A DNA stretch of 64,000 bases, taken from contig JAOAFV010000041.1 in the NCBI GenBank assembly GCA_026416095.1, forward strand, positions 696 through 64,695, written 5' to 3'. Origin of the DNA: Bacteroidales bacterium. Lineage in GTDB: Bacteria; Bacteroidota; Bacteroidia; Bacteroidales; GWA2-32-17. The notes under the pieces are model-generated. The model saw only the letters and a list, made by a program, of their open reading frames with translations, searched no databases and had not been told where the DNA came from. Positions 55,621-64,000 of this stretch are shown here, in pieces (position 1 is the stretch's first letter; the number at the start of each line of letters is the position of its first letter). Position numbers and translations under genes: made by a program.

Positions 55621-55876
55621 AGTTGTTGAAAAAAAATGAAAAATTTGAACTTTTTTAGTAATTCAATTGACAATGTTCGAATAATAAATTTTTACAAATT
55701 TTATTAGATTAAAAGTTTTTGTAAATGCCAAGTAAATAAAAAGTTTAAAATTGTGTAAAAGTAGCGTAAATAGTGTAAGTGTTAATGCCACCATTAATAT
55801 CAAAAACATTTTCTAAGTTTTTGCAAAAAATACTTTTATTTAAAAACATTTTTTCTATTTATTGAACTTTTCTTTT

Positions 55877-55884
55877 TACCTTTG
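55877..55884 (+). promoter_or_regulatory. Putative -7 box TACCTTTG
   Basis: It is an exact TAnnTTTG 17 nt upstream of ATG 55902. Confidence 0.4.
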
Positions 55885-55901
55885 CAGAAAATTTTTTTAT
55901 T

Positions 55902-56282
55902 ATGAAAGTACCTGAAAATTTAAAGTATACTAATGATCATGAGTGGGTAAGAGTAGAGGGCAATATTGGCTATGTTGGTATAACCGATTATGCTCAAAGT
56001 GAGCTTGGCGATATTGTTTTTGTTGAAATTAATACTGTTGGGCAAGAGCTTAATGCTGGCGATGTGTATGGAACAATAGAAGCAGTAAAGACTGTTTCTG
56101 ATTGTTACATGCCAGTGAAGGGTAAAGTTTTAGAAAAGAATGAAAAATTAACCGATCAACCCGACTTACTAAACAAAGACCCATATGGTGATGGATGGAT
56201 GATAAAAATAGAAATTATTAATCCTTCTGAGATTGAAAACTTATTAACTCCCGACCAATATCGTAGCTTGGTTGGAAATTAA
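55902..56282 (+). CDS. gcvH: Glycine cleavage system protein H
   Basis: Motifs YTNDHEWVRVEG...GITDYAQSELGDIVFVE are present. The lipoyl-lysine motif is IEAVKTVSD and the acidic tail contains DPYGDGWM. Confidence 0.9.
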   Translation: MKVPENLKYTNDHEWVRVEGNIGYVGITDYAQSELGDIVFVEINTVGQELNAGDVYGTIEAVKTVSDCYMPVKGKVLEKNEKLTDQPDLLNKDPYGDGWMIKIEIINPSEIENLLTPDQYRSLVGN

Positions 56283-56296
56283 TAAATAGCTTTTTC

Positions 56297-57043
56297 TTAT
56301 TTTTTAATTAATCTTATAACTTCGGAAGAAAAAATAAAGTCGTTTAATTCTTTACAATCAGAATTTAATATTTCGTTTTTAGTACCTTCCCAGTACTTTT
56401 TACCTTCGTGAATAAATATTATTTTATCGCCAATTCCCATAACTGAATTCATGTCGTGAGTATTAACGATGGTTGTAATATTGAACTCTTCGGTTATTTC
56501 TTTTATTAGTTTATCAATAACAACAGCAGTGTAGGGGTCGAGACCAGAGTTTGGTTCATCGCAAAATAAATAACGAGGATTTAAAGCAATAGCTCTAGCA
56601 ATTGCGACTCTTTTTCTCATACCACCACTAATTTCCGACGGATATAAATGTTCAATATTGAAAAGGTTAACTTTATTAAGACAAAAACGAGCTCTTTCTA
56701 TTTTTTCTTTTTTTGTTAAATTTGAAAACATGTTTAAAGGGAAAAGCACATTATCTAAAACTGTTAGAGAGTCAAATAATGCACCTCCCTGAAAAACCAT
56801 ACCAAACTCTTGGCGTATTTTTTTTCTTTCGTTAAAATTCATTGCGGTGAAATTTCTTGAATCGAATAGTACGTAACCACTATCGGGTTCTATTAAGCCA
56901 ACAAGTGTTTTAATTAATACTGTTTTGCCCGATCCGCTTCTGCCAATTATAATATTTGTTTTACCAGATTCAAATGTAAATGAAATGTTATCGATAACAA
57001 TTTTATTATTAAATTTTTTTACAATATTTACAGCTTCAATCAT
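56297..57043 (-). CDS. ABC transporter ATP-binding protein (MlaF-like)
   Basis: It has Walker A (GRSGSGKT), the signature ISGGMRKRVAIARA and Walker B (LFCDEPNSGLD). Confidence 0.85.
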   Translation of the reverse strand: MIEAVNIVKKFNNKIVIDNISFTFESGKTNIIIGRSGSGKTVLIKTLVGLIEPDSGYVLFDSRNFTAMNFNERKKIRQEFGMVFQGGALFDSLTVLDNVLFPLNMFSNLTKKEKIERARFCLNKVNLFNIEHLYPSEISGGMRKRVAIARAIALNPRYLFCDEPNSGLDPYTAVVIDKLIKEITEEFNITTIVNTHDMNSVMGIGDKIIFIHEGKKYWEGTKNEILNSDCKELNDFIFSSEVIRLIKK

Positions 57044-57786
57044 CTAGTTAATAAGAGTTGGGTTAGAATAACATTGAATAATAGAATCATAAGACTACTG
57101 TAAACCACTGCTTTTGTACTTGCTTGTCCAACTTCTAATGCCCCGCCGTAACAATAGTAACCGTAATATGCAGAAACTGTAACTACTAAAAAACCAAAAA
57201 CAAAAGACTTTATAAGAGTATAAGTAACATAAAAAGGAACAAAAGCGTAATGTAAACCTTGAATATAAAGTTCGGCTGGCAAAATTTTAGTTACAACAAC
57301 AGCTAACCATCCTCCCCAAATTCCAACAAACATACTTAAAATTGTTAATAAAGGGAAAAAGAAAATAGCAGCTATAATTTTTGGTAATATAAGATAACTT
57401 GCAGAGTTAATACCCATGCTTTCAAGAGCATCTATTTGTTCGGTTACACGCATTGTGCCTAATTCTGAAGCAATATTTGAGCCTACTTTGCCGGCAAGTA
57501 CTAAACCAACCATTGTAGACGAAAACTCAAGTATCATGGAATCTCGTGTTGCAAGTCCAACTAAATAAAGAGGTATTAAAGGATTTTCTATATTATAGGT
57601 GTATTGAATTGCAATAACAGCCCCCATAAATATTGAAATTATAGTAACAATGCCAATAGAATTTATACCAATTTTACCAATTTCTTCTATTGTTTGTTTA
57701 AGGTATATTTTTCCACGTTCGGGGCGAGAAAATATTCTTTTAAGTAGCAGTAAGTATTCTCCTATTTGATAAAGTATTTTTATCAC
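57040..57786 (-). CDS. MlaE-family ABC transporter permease
   Basis: Motifs LGTMRVTEQIDALESMGIN and a polytopic architecture are present. It overlaps the ATPase gene by 4 nt. Confidence 0.85.
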   Translation of the reverse strand: MIKILYQIGEYLLLLKRIFSRPERGKIYLKQTIEEIGKIGINSIGIVTIISIFMGAVIAIQYTYNIENPLIPLYLVGLATRDSMILEFSSTMVGLVLAGKVGSNIASELGTMRVTEQIDALESMGINSASYLILPKIIAAIFFFPLLTILSMFVGIWGGWLAVVVTKILPAELYIQGLHYAFVPFYVTYTLIKSFVFGFLVVTVSAYYGYYCYGGALEVGQASTKAVVYSSLMILLFNVILTQLLLTR

Positions 57787-57807
57787 CTTTAAAATTAATA
57801 ATCAAAT

Positions 57808-58803
57808 TTAATTAAAATTAAACACATTCGCATATTTTTCTTTTATGAAGTCTAAAATTTCAAGATTTTCTTTATAATTATTATTTTGTAAAAGCTTTAC
57901 TTTTAATTCTTTTATTCCTGGAATACCTTTGAAAAAGTTAGCATAATGGCATTTAATTTTTATAACGCCCCATTTTTCTCCGTTTTCTTCGACCATTATA
58001 GAGAGTAGTTTTTTAAGGTAATCGATCTTTTCGTTAAAAGAAAGTGGTGGTAGTTTTTCGTTAAAAAGTAAGTAGTGTTTTATTTCTTTAAAAATCCATG
58101 GATGCCCAATAGCAGCACGCCCTATCATAATTCCGTCAACTTTATATTTATCGAAGCATTCTTTTGCTCTTTCTGGAGTTGTTACGTCGCCGTTCCCAAT
58201 AATAGGAATTTTTATTTGGGGATGATTTTTTACATATCCTATATAATCCCAATTTGCCGTTCCCTTAAACATCTGAGCACGTGTGCGACCATGAATTACT
58301 AATCCGGTAATTCCAATATTTTGTAGTGTTAATGCAACTTCAAGAATGTTTATATTGTTTTCGTCCCATCCTAATCGAGCTTTAGCTGTAACTGGCGTAT
58401 CAACGGCTTTTATAACCTTTTCGGCTATCTCGAACAATAGTGGTAAGTTTTTTAGCAGGCCGCTTCCAGCACCACGATTCGAAATTTTTTTGGCCGGACA
58501 GCCTAAATTTAAGTCAATAAAATCGGGTTGAAATTCTTCGACAACTTGAGCAGCATATACCATATTTTCTGGAATATGTCCATATATCTGAATACCAATA
58601 GGCCTTTCAAAATCATTAATTTTAATTTTTTTTTTAACTCTTGAAGTGTTGTATCTTAATCCATCGGATGAAATAAATTCGGTGTAAACAACATCAACTC
58701 CTCCAATGTACTTACATAAGTAACGAAATGATGAATTTGTTACATCTTCCATTGGTGCTAAAAATAATGGGTAACTCGATAAATTCAAGTGTGCAAAGGT
58801 CAT
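57808..58803 (-). CDS. dusB: tRNA-dihydrouridine synthase
   Basis: Motifs LAPMEDVTNSSFR, DLNLGCPAKK, HGRTR and IGNGDV are present. Confidence 0.85.
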   Translation of the reverse strand: MTFAHLNLSSYPLFLAPMEDVTNSSFRYLCKYIGGVDVVYTEFISSDGLRYNTSRVKKKIKINDFERPIGIQIYGHIPENMVYAAQVVEEFQPDFIDLNLGCPAKKISNRGAGSGLLKNLPLLFEIAEKVIKAVDTPVTAKARLGWDENNINILEVALTLQNIGITGLVIHGRTRAQMFKGTANWDYIGYVKNHPQIKIPIIGNGDVTTPERAKECFDKYKVDGIMIGRAAIGHPWIFKEIKHYLLFNEKLPPLSFNEKIDYLKKLLSIMVEENGEKWGVIKIKCHYANFFKGIPGIKELKVKLLQNNNYKENLEILDFIKEKYANVFNFN

Positions 58804-58807
58804 ATCG

Positions 58808-59434
58808 TTATGGCTTTTGTAAATTTTTTGTTAGAGGTAAGTTTAATGATAATTCATTGAAAATTTTAAGATACTTTTCGTCTTTACTTTTTTCAATAAT
58901 GAACCTTAAATAAAACAAATCGACAGATTGGGTTGGATTATTAAGATATATATTAATTGTATTGTTAATATATTTTTCTATTTCAAGATCTTCTAATCTT
59001 TCTGACTTTATATGTTGAATGCTTTCAAAGAAATTTTTTATTTCTTCTATTTTATCTTTTATTGCATAGCTAAAAAAGTGGTGTACAATAAAAATCTTAA
59101 TATCTTCGGGGAAAGCAGACCATGCTTCTATTGTAATGTTATCAATATTTTTTAGCCAATTTTTTGCAGCTTCTCTATGATATCCTATTGGCGAAAAGAA
59201 CCATCTGATAGCAAATTTAAAGTTATTTACTTTGAGGAAAAGCTTACACAATTCACTATATCCAGCTCTAGGGAAAGCCTTTTCTATTCGTTGCCAATTG
59301 CTTTCTGTTGTTATAAGTTCTATCCAGTTAGGAATCTTGTAACTTAAGTTTTCTTCCCAATCTTTTTCGTACCAATAATCGTCGTATGGTGGATTAAATC
59401 TTATAAAATTAATTAATGCTTCTAGAGTATACAT
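58808..59434 (-). CDS. Hypothetical protein
   Basis: It is a 208-aa ORF packed between trpS and dusB (4-nt gap to dusB). It is W/F/Y-rich and I recognised no motif. Confidence 0.55.
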   Translation of the reverse strand: MYTLEALINFIRFNPPYDDYWYEKDWEENLSYKIPNWIELITTESNWQRIEKAFPRAGYSELCKLFLKVNNFKFAIRWFFSPIGYHREAAKNWLKNIDNITIEAWSAFPEDIKIFIVHHFFSYAIKDKIEEIKNFFESIQHIKSERLEDLEIEKYINNTINIYLNNPTQSVDLFYLRFIIEKSKDEKYLKIFNELSLNLPLTKNLQKP

Positions 59435-59456
59435 GTTGCTAACGTTTTAAGTAACG

Positions 59457-60437
59457 TTAAAGCCCAATTATGCTTTTAACTTCACTTATTGTTTTAGAAG
59501 CACTTAACCGAGCTTTTTCTGCACCTTCTTTTAACACATTAAATAAGTAAGTTTCATTTTTTCTAATTTCTTTTATCTTTTCTCTTATAGGCCTAATAAA
59601 GTTGATAATATTTTGAGAAAGTGTGTGTTTTAATTCACTATATCTTATTGTACAGTTGTTATATTTTTCTACGAAGTAATTATATTGCTCAGGAGTTGAA
59701 AAGTATTTAAAAAGAGTAAACAAATTTTTTATTGGTTCGCTCATTGGTTGATTAATCTGAGTTGGACCTGCATCGGTAACTGCTTTCATTACTTTTTTCA
59801 TTATTATTTCATCATCATCGATTAAATAAATTGCATTACCTTCAGATTTGCCCATTTTTCCTGTACCGTTAAGACCAGGAATTTTAACTAATTCTTTGTT
59901 AAAATTGAAAACTTGAGGTAATGGGAAGTATTCTACATTAAAAGTTCTATTGAACCTTGAAGCGAAGTTTCGAGCCATTTCAAGATGTTGTTCCTGATCT
60001 TTACCTACGGGCACTTTAGTAGCTTTATGAATTAAAATATCGGCTGCCATTAAAACAGGGTAGGTAAGCAATCCGGCATTAACATTATTAGGTTGGTTAC
60101 GTGCTTTTTCTTTAAAGGTTGTGCAGCGCTCTAGCTCACCAAGGTACGCAAACATGTTCAAATATAGATACAGTTCTGGGATTTCTTTTATATCGCTTTG
60201 TCTGTATATTATTGCTTTTTCTGGATTTAGGCCACATGCAATAAATTCTGCAACTATGTTTAAAGTACATTCTTTAAGATGTTTACCATCGGGGTGAGTT
60301 GTTAAAGAATGAATATCGGCAATAAAAAAATAACACAAATGGTTATTTTGGAGTTCTATGAAATTTTGTATTGCTCCAAAATAATTACCAATGTGTAAGT
60401 TGCCAGTAGGTCTAATTCCACTAACTACTACTTCCAT
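59457..60437 (-). CDS. trpS: Tryptophan--tRNA ligase
   Basis: It has the HIGH-type motif TGNLHIGNYFG, the KMSKS-type motif GKMGKSEGN, and VGKDQEQHLE. Confidence 0.95.
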   Translation of the reverse strand: MEVVVSGIRPTGNLHIGNYFGAIQNFIELQNNHLCYFFIADIHSLTTHPDGKHLKECTLNIVAEFIACGLNPEKAIIYRQSDIKEIPELYLYLNMFAYLGELERCTTFKEKARNQPNNVNAGLLTYPVLMAADILIHKATKVPVGKDQEQHLEMARNFASRFNRTFNVEYFPLPQVFNFNKELVKIPGLNGTGKMGKSEGNAIYLIDDDEIIMKKVMKAVTDAGPTQINQPMSEPIKNLFTLFKYFSTPEQYNYFVEKYNNCTIRYSELKHTLSQNIINFIRPIREKIKEIRKNETYLFNVLKEGAEKARLSASKTISEVKSIIGL

Positions 60438-60449
60438 TATCTATATAGT

Positions 60450-61706
60450 TTAAGTTGGAATACTAAAAAAAGGTATACTTTCTTTTGAATACCGTCCAGC
60501 TTTAAGGTTATTGTTTATTTCTTCGAAAGCATTTATAGTATATTGAACATCTTCTAAAGTGTGAACAGCTGTTGGAATTAGGCGTAACATAATTACGTCC
60601 TTTGGCACCACAGGGTAAATTACTATTGAACAAAAAATATTATATTTTTCGCGTAGTTCGAAAACAACATTGCCGGCCTCAATTGGAGTACCTTTTAAGT
60701 ATACAGGGGTTACAGGTGATTCTGTTTTGCCAATATCTAATCCTTTTTCTTTTAAGCCATTTTGAAGTGCTTTAACTATTGTCCATAATTTTTGGCGAAG
60801 TTGTGGTTGTGTTTTTAAAAGTTCTAACCTTTTCATTGCTCCAATTACCATAGGTAAGGGTAGCGATTTTGCAAAAATTTGGGAACGCATATTATAACGT
60901 AAGTAATCGACAACTTCTTGAGTCGATGCTACAAAGGCACCAATTCCGGCCATTGCTTTTGCAAAAGTGGCAAAATATATATCTACCTCTTCAGAAACTC
61001 CAAAATGTTCATCAGTACCAGCACCGTTGGGCCCCATGGTACCAAAACCATGGGCATCGTCTATTAGTAATCTGAAATTGTATTTCTTTTTTAACTCTAC
61101 AATATCTTTGAGTTTACCAAGGTCGCCAGCCATTCCGTAAACACCTTCGGTAACAACAAGAATACCACCACCCGTATGTTGAGTAATTTGTTTTGCTCTT
61201 TTTAACTGATGTTCAAGGCGTTCTATGTTGTTGTGTGGATAAACAAGTCGTTTCCCCATGTGTAAACGTAAACCATCGATAATACATGCATGCGATTCAC
61301 TATCGTAAACAACAACATCGTTACGGTTAAGTAAACTATCTAAAATACTAATCATTGCTTGGTAACCATAATTACATAAAAATGCGTCTTCTTTTTTAAC
61401 AAATTGAGCTAACTGCTGTTCGAGTTCTTCGTGAAAAGTGGTTTGCCCCGACATCATTCTAGCTCCCATAGGATATGCTAATCCATATTTTTCAGTTGCC
61501 TCAGTATCGACCTTTCGAACTTCAGGGTGATTCGCAAGTCCTAAGTAGTTATTTAAACTCCAATTTAAAACTTCTTTTCCTCTAAATTTCATTCGTGGCC
61601 CTATTTCTCCTTCTAATTTTGGGAATGCAAAATAGCCGTGTGCTATACTTTTATATTGGCCAAGCGGACCTCCTTTCGATGTTTTAATTTTATCAAAAAT
61701 ATCCAT
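60450..61706 (-). CDS. PLP-dependent alpha-oxoamine synthase family enzyme (KBL/AONS/serine palmitoyltransferase-like)
   Basis: Motifs NNYLGLANHPEV, DDAHGFGTMG and ATFAKAMAG (PLP lysine) are present. The length is 418 aa. Substrate specificity cannot be read from sequence alone. Confidence 0.85.
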   Translation of the reverse strand: MDIFDKIKTSKGGPLGQYKSIAHGYFAFPKLEGEIGPRMKFRGKEVLNWSLNNYLGLANHPEVRKVDTEATEKYGLAYPMGARMMSGQTTFHEELEQQLAQFVKKEDAFLCNYGYQAMISILDSLLNRNDVVVYDSESHACIIDGLRLHMGKRLVYPHNNIERLEHQLKRAKQITQHTGGGILVVTEGVYGMAGDLGKLKDIVELKKKYNFRLLIDDAHGFGTMGPNGAGTDEHFGVSEEVDIYFATFAKAMAGIGAFVASTQEVVDYLRYNMRSQIFAKSLPLPMVIGAMKRLELLKTQPQLRQKLWTIVKALQNGLKEKGLDIGKTESPVTPVYLKGTPIEAGNVVFELREKYNIFCSIVIYPVVPKDVIMLRLIPTAVHTLEDVQYTINAFEEINNNLKAGRYSKESIPFFSIPT

Positions 61707-61717
61707 CGTTTTTCTTG

Positions 61718-61725
61718 CAAAATTA
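61718..61725 (-). promoter_or_regulatory. Putative -7 box TAATTTTG (minus strand)
   Basis: The plus-strand CAAAATTA is TAATTTTG on the minus strand, 11 nt upstream of ATG 61706. Confidence 0.35.
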
Positions 61726-61951
61726 ATGATTTTTTATGATAAAATGATTATCAAGTAAAATTGAAAACTTATTTAACCTAAATTTTTCTTATAAGTGTTT
61801 AAATTTAAGATTTGTGCTTTTGTTTTTTTATGAAAATTACATTCAATCTTGCAATTGATAATTTTTTTTATGAAAAAATTAAAATTTTAATTATATTATT
61901 TTAACAGTTTCTTAACATAAAAGCATTTAAATTGTTCAAAATTATTTCAAA

Positions 61952-64000
61952 ATGTTGAGATACTTAGTATTGTTGTTAGTTAATTTTAAATTGTTTTCGC
62001 AAAACTTTTCTATAGAAGGTATTGTTTACGATAAAAAAACAAAAGAGACATTACCAGGTGCAAGTATTATTATAGAAAAAACAACAATTGGAACAAGCAC
62101 AAATGTTGATGGCAAATTTTGCTTAGCAAATTTAAAAAAGGGGACGTACAATCTCATTGTTAGTTACGTTGGCTATAAAACCGATACTATTAGAAACTTG
62201 CATGTGAAAAATAATATAAGTAATTTAGAATTGGGATTAGAAGAAAATGCATATAATTTAAGCGAAGTTAATGTAGTTGCTGAACGTAAAAAAGACGTAG
62301 AAAGTTCGGTAATAAACGAAATAAAAGAAAGTCAGCAAGTAGTTAATGGAATTTCGGCAGAACAAATTAGTAAAACACAAGATAAAAGTGCAAACGAAGT
62401 AATAAAACGTTTACCAGGTGTAACATTATTTGAAAATCGTTTACTAATAGTCAGAGGATTAGCAGAACGATATAATTCTACATACATCAACAATTCTCCT
62501 GCGCCTGGCGTAGAGCCCGATAAAAATACATTTTCTTTTGATATAATTCCTTCGTCAATTATTAGCAGAATAATGGTTTATAAAACAGCAACTCCCGATT
62601 TGCCTGGTAATTTTACTGGAGCATTAACTAAAATAGAAACAAAAAATAATGTTGATTCAAATTTGTATTGTTTTACTGTTAGTTCAACTTATAATAGTAT
62701 TACAACCTTTAATTCTTTTTCTTATGATAAAAATTCATTATTAGAAAATTTAATGCTCGTAAGAAACAGTAGAAATTTGTCGAGCGAAATACCTCAAAGC
62801 CTAAATAACTTATCGAAAGAAGAATTAATAAATGTTTCAAAAAAGTTTAAAAATAACTGGAAAATTATGCAAAAAACTGCCAGCCCCGATTTATCTTTTT
62901 CTTTTTATTTTTCGCAAAATGTAAAGAAACTTTCGCTTTTTACTCTAATTGCATTATCGGAAAGTAAGCAAAAATACAATTCTCAAATTTTTAATTACAA
63001 TTCTTATGATATTGAAAAGCAAAAAAGTCAAATGATTTATGCTTATAACGACGATATTAACGTTTCAAAACATCGCCTTACCATAATGCAAAACTTAAGT
63101 TATACAATAAATGCAAAAAATTTTATAAAATTAAACAATTTATTGATATCTCAAAATAGTAATCAATTAATAAATAGATCGGGTACTAATTACGAAGAGG
63201 GCATGAATGTGATGAGCCATTCTTACAATTATAATGAAAGAAAAATCTTAAACTCCCAAATATCTGGAAGGCATATTATCGATGGCAACGAAAATTTAGA
63301 AACTACATGGTCAGCATTCTTAACATTGGCAACTAATAATCAACCAGATTATAAAAAAATACGTACTATTAAGAATAGCGAGAGTACCGAAAATTCTGGG
63401 ACTTATCAAGTAATAATTCCTCCTTCGGCCTCGGTGTTAGATGCAGGTCGTTTTTTTGGCTTTTTAAAAGATTTGTCATACGGTGCATGTTCAGAATTAA
63501 AATATTCTTTAAAATCGAATATCAAACTACAATGGGGAGTAGGAGTATCGCATAAGGATAGATCTTTTAATGCAAGATGGATGTCGTATAAAAAATTTAG
63601 TAGCACTACTTTTAATTACGAATTACTTAACAATAGCATAGAAAATATTTTTGACGAGCAGAATATTGGTGAACATGGATTTGTACTTGAAGAAGGCACT
63701 AATCCGTCTGATAAATATTTTGCAAATACTAACAATATTTTTAATTACTATATGACAAATATTGAAATAAAAGATAAAATGCCAATTGTAGTCGGAATAA
63801 GATTAGAATATAATGCTATATCATTATTCAGCCGAAACTATTCTAATAAACCTGTAAATGTTTCTTTAAATAATTTATTCTTATTACCTTCAATGTCTTT
63901 TGCTTATAAATTGAACAATGATAAGAAAATAAAATTCGCCTTTTACAAGTCGGTAAATACTCCAGAGTTCAGAGAATTGGCTCCTTTTGCTTTTTATGAT
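61952..64000 (+). CDS. CarboxypepD_reg-domain TonB-dependent receptor (3' end outside the window)
   Basis: ATG 61952 gives MLRYLVLLLVNFKLFSQ, a signal peptide. The next segment is IEGIVYDKKTKETLPGASIII...GTYNLIVSYVGY, followed by a plug-like VIKRLPGVTLFENRLLIVRGL. The frame stays open to base 64000 (...PEFRELAPFAFYD). Confidence 0.8.
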   Translation, partial: MLRYLVLLLVNFKLFSQNFSIEGIVYDKKTKETLPGASIIIEKTTIGTSTNVDGKFCLANLKKGTYNLIVSYVGYKTDTIRNLHVKNNISNLELGLEENAYNLSEVNVVAERKKDVESSVINEIKESQQVVNGISAEQISKTQDKSANEVIKRLPGVTLFENRLLIVRGLAERYNSTYINNSPAPGVEPDKNTFSFDIIPSSIISRIMVYKTATPDLPGNFTGALTKIETKNNVDSNLYCFTVSSTYNSITTFNSFSYDKNSLLENLMLVRNSRNLSSEIPQSLNNLSKEELINVSKKFKNNWKIMQKTASPDLSFSFYFSQNVKKLSLFTLIALSESKQKYNSQIFNYNSYDIEKQKSQMIYAYNDDINVSKHRLTIMQNLSYTINAKNFIKLNNLLISQNSNQLINRSGTNYEEGMNVMSHSYNYNERKILNSQISGRHIIDGNENLETTWSAFLTLATNNQPDYKKIRTIKNSESTENSGTYQVIIPPSASVLDAGRFFGFLKDLSYGACSELKYSLKSNIKLQWGVGVSHKDRSFNARWMSYKKFSSTTFNYELLNNSIENIFDEQNIGEHGFVLEEGTNPSDKYFANTNNIFNYYMTNIEIKDKMPIVVGIRLEYNAISLFSRNYSNKPVNVSLNNLFLLPSMSFAYKLNNDKKIKFAFYKSVNTPEFRELAPFAFYD

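Noticed and set aside
55197-55673. Minus-strand 158-aa ORF spanning the mrp 3' end and the whole nifU-like gene
   Set aside because: It is antisense to two genes with diagnostic motifs, and its sequence is low-complexity.
55621-55901. Glycine riboswitch upstream of gcvH
   Set aside because: I could not see the conserved GGAGAG/CACCG-type cores or GC-rich paired stems. The region is almost pure AT and lies mostly upstream of the probable promoter.
63406-63606. Minus-strand 66-aa ORF near the window end
   Set aside because: It lies antisense within the open TonB-dependent receptor frame, which runs to the window edge.

Overview
This is an AT-rich chromosomal segment that looks like a Bacteroidota genome. 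The evidence is several type-A T9SS C-terminal sorting domains, a GldH-like lipoprotein, a PorV/PorQ-like barrel, a UpxY-type NusG paralogue, and TAnnTTTG -7 boxes recurring 8-25 nt upstream of start codons. About 55 protein genes are tightly packed and often overlap by 1-23 nt. Most are housekeeping: greA, holB, lnt, ahcY, rsmG, trmB, gcvH, trpS, dusB, Mrp/NifU, MlaEF, gmhA and fcl. There are also envelope and secretion genes: T9SS cargo proteins, two CarboxypepD_reg TonB-dependent-type barrels, S8 and S46 peptidases, several glycosyltransferases, and a UpxY-led glycan-modification operon. I recognised no rRNA, tRNA, CRISPR array, transposase, integrase or phage gene. The anomalous stretch is about 36.46-41.29 kb, between ahcY and a yitT-like gene, where coding density collapses. 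It holds 0.75 kb of ORF-free DNA with a 29-bp direct repeat, then a multiply disrupted arsM pseudogene. Next comes an intact two-gene cassette, followed by 0.9 kb of ORF-free DNA carrying an 18/19 inverted repeat. The cassette is a stand-alone CARF (Cas_APE2256-like) protein with a probable winged-helix tail, paired with a DUF6569/ARPP-1-like protein, and no CRISPR-Cas is nearby. I consider this cassette the best candidate for an undescribed sensing or defence module. Secondary points of interest are a cyanophycin-synthetase-like ATP-grasp protein with a degenerate, truncated Mur-ligase module, an SDR/ATP-grasp fusion in an incomplete nonulosonate-type glycan operon, and a receptor / giant lipoprotein / PorV-like three-gene outer-membrane module. 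All family assignments come from reading motifs by eye and from memory of family consensus sequences. No database search was run.
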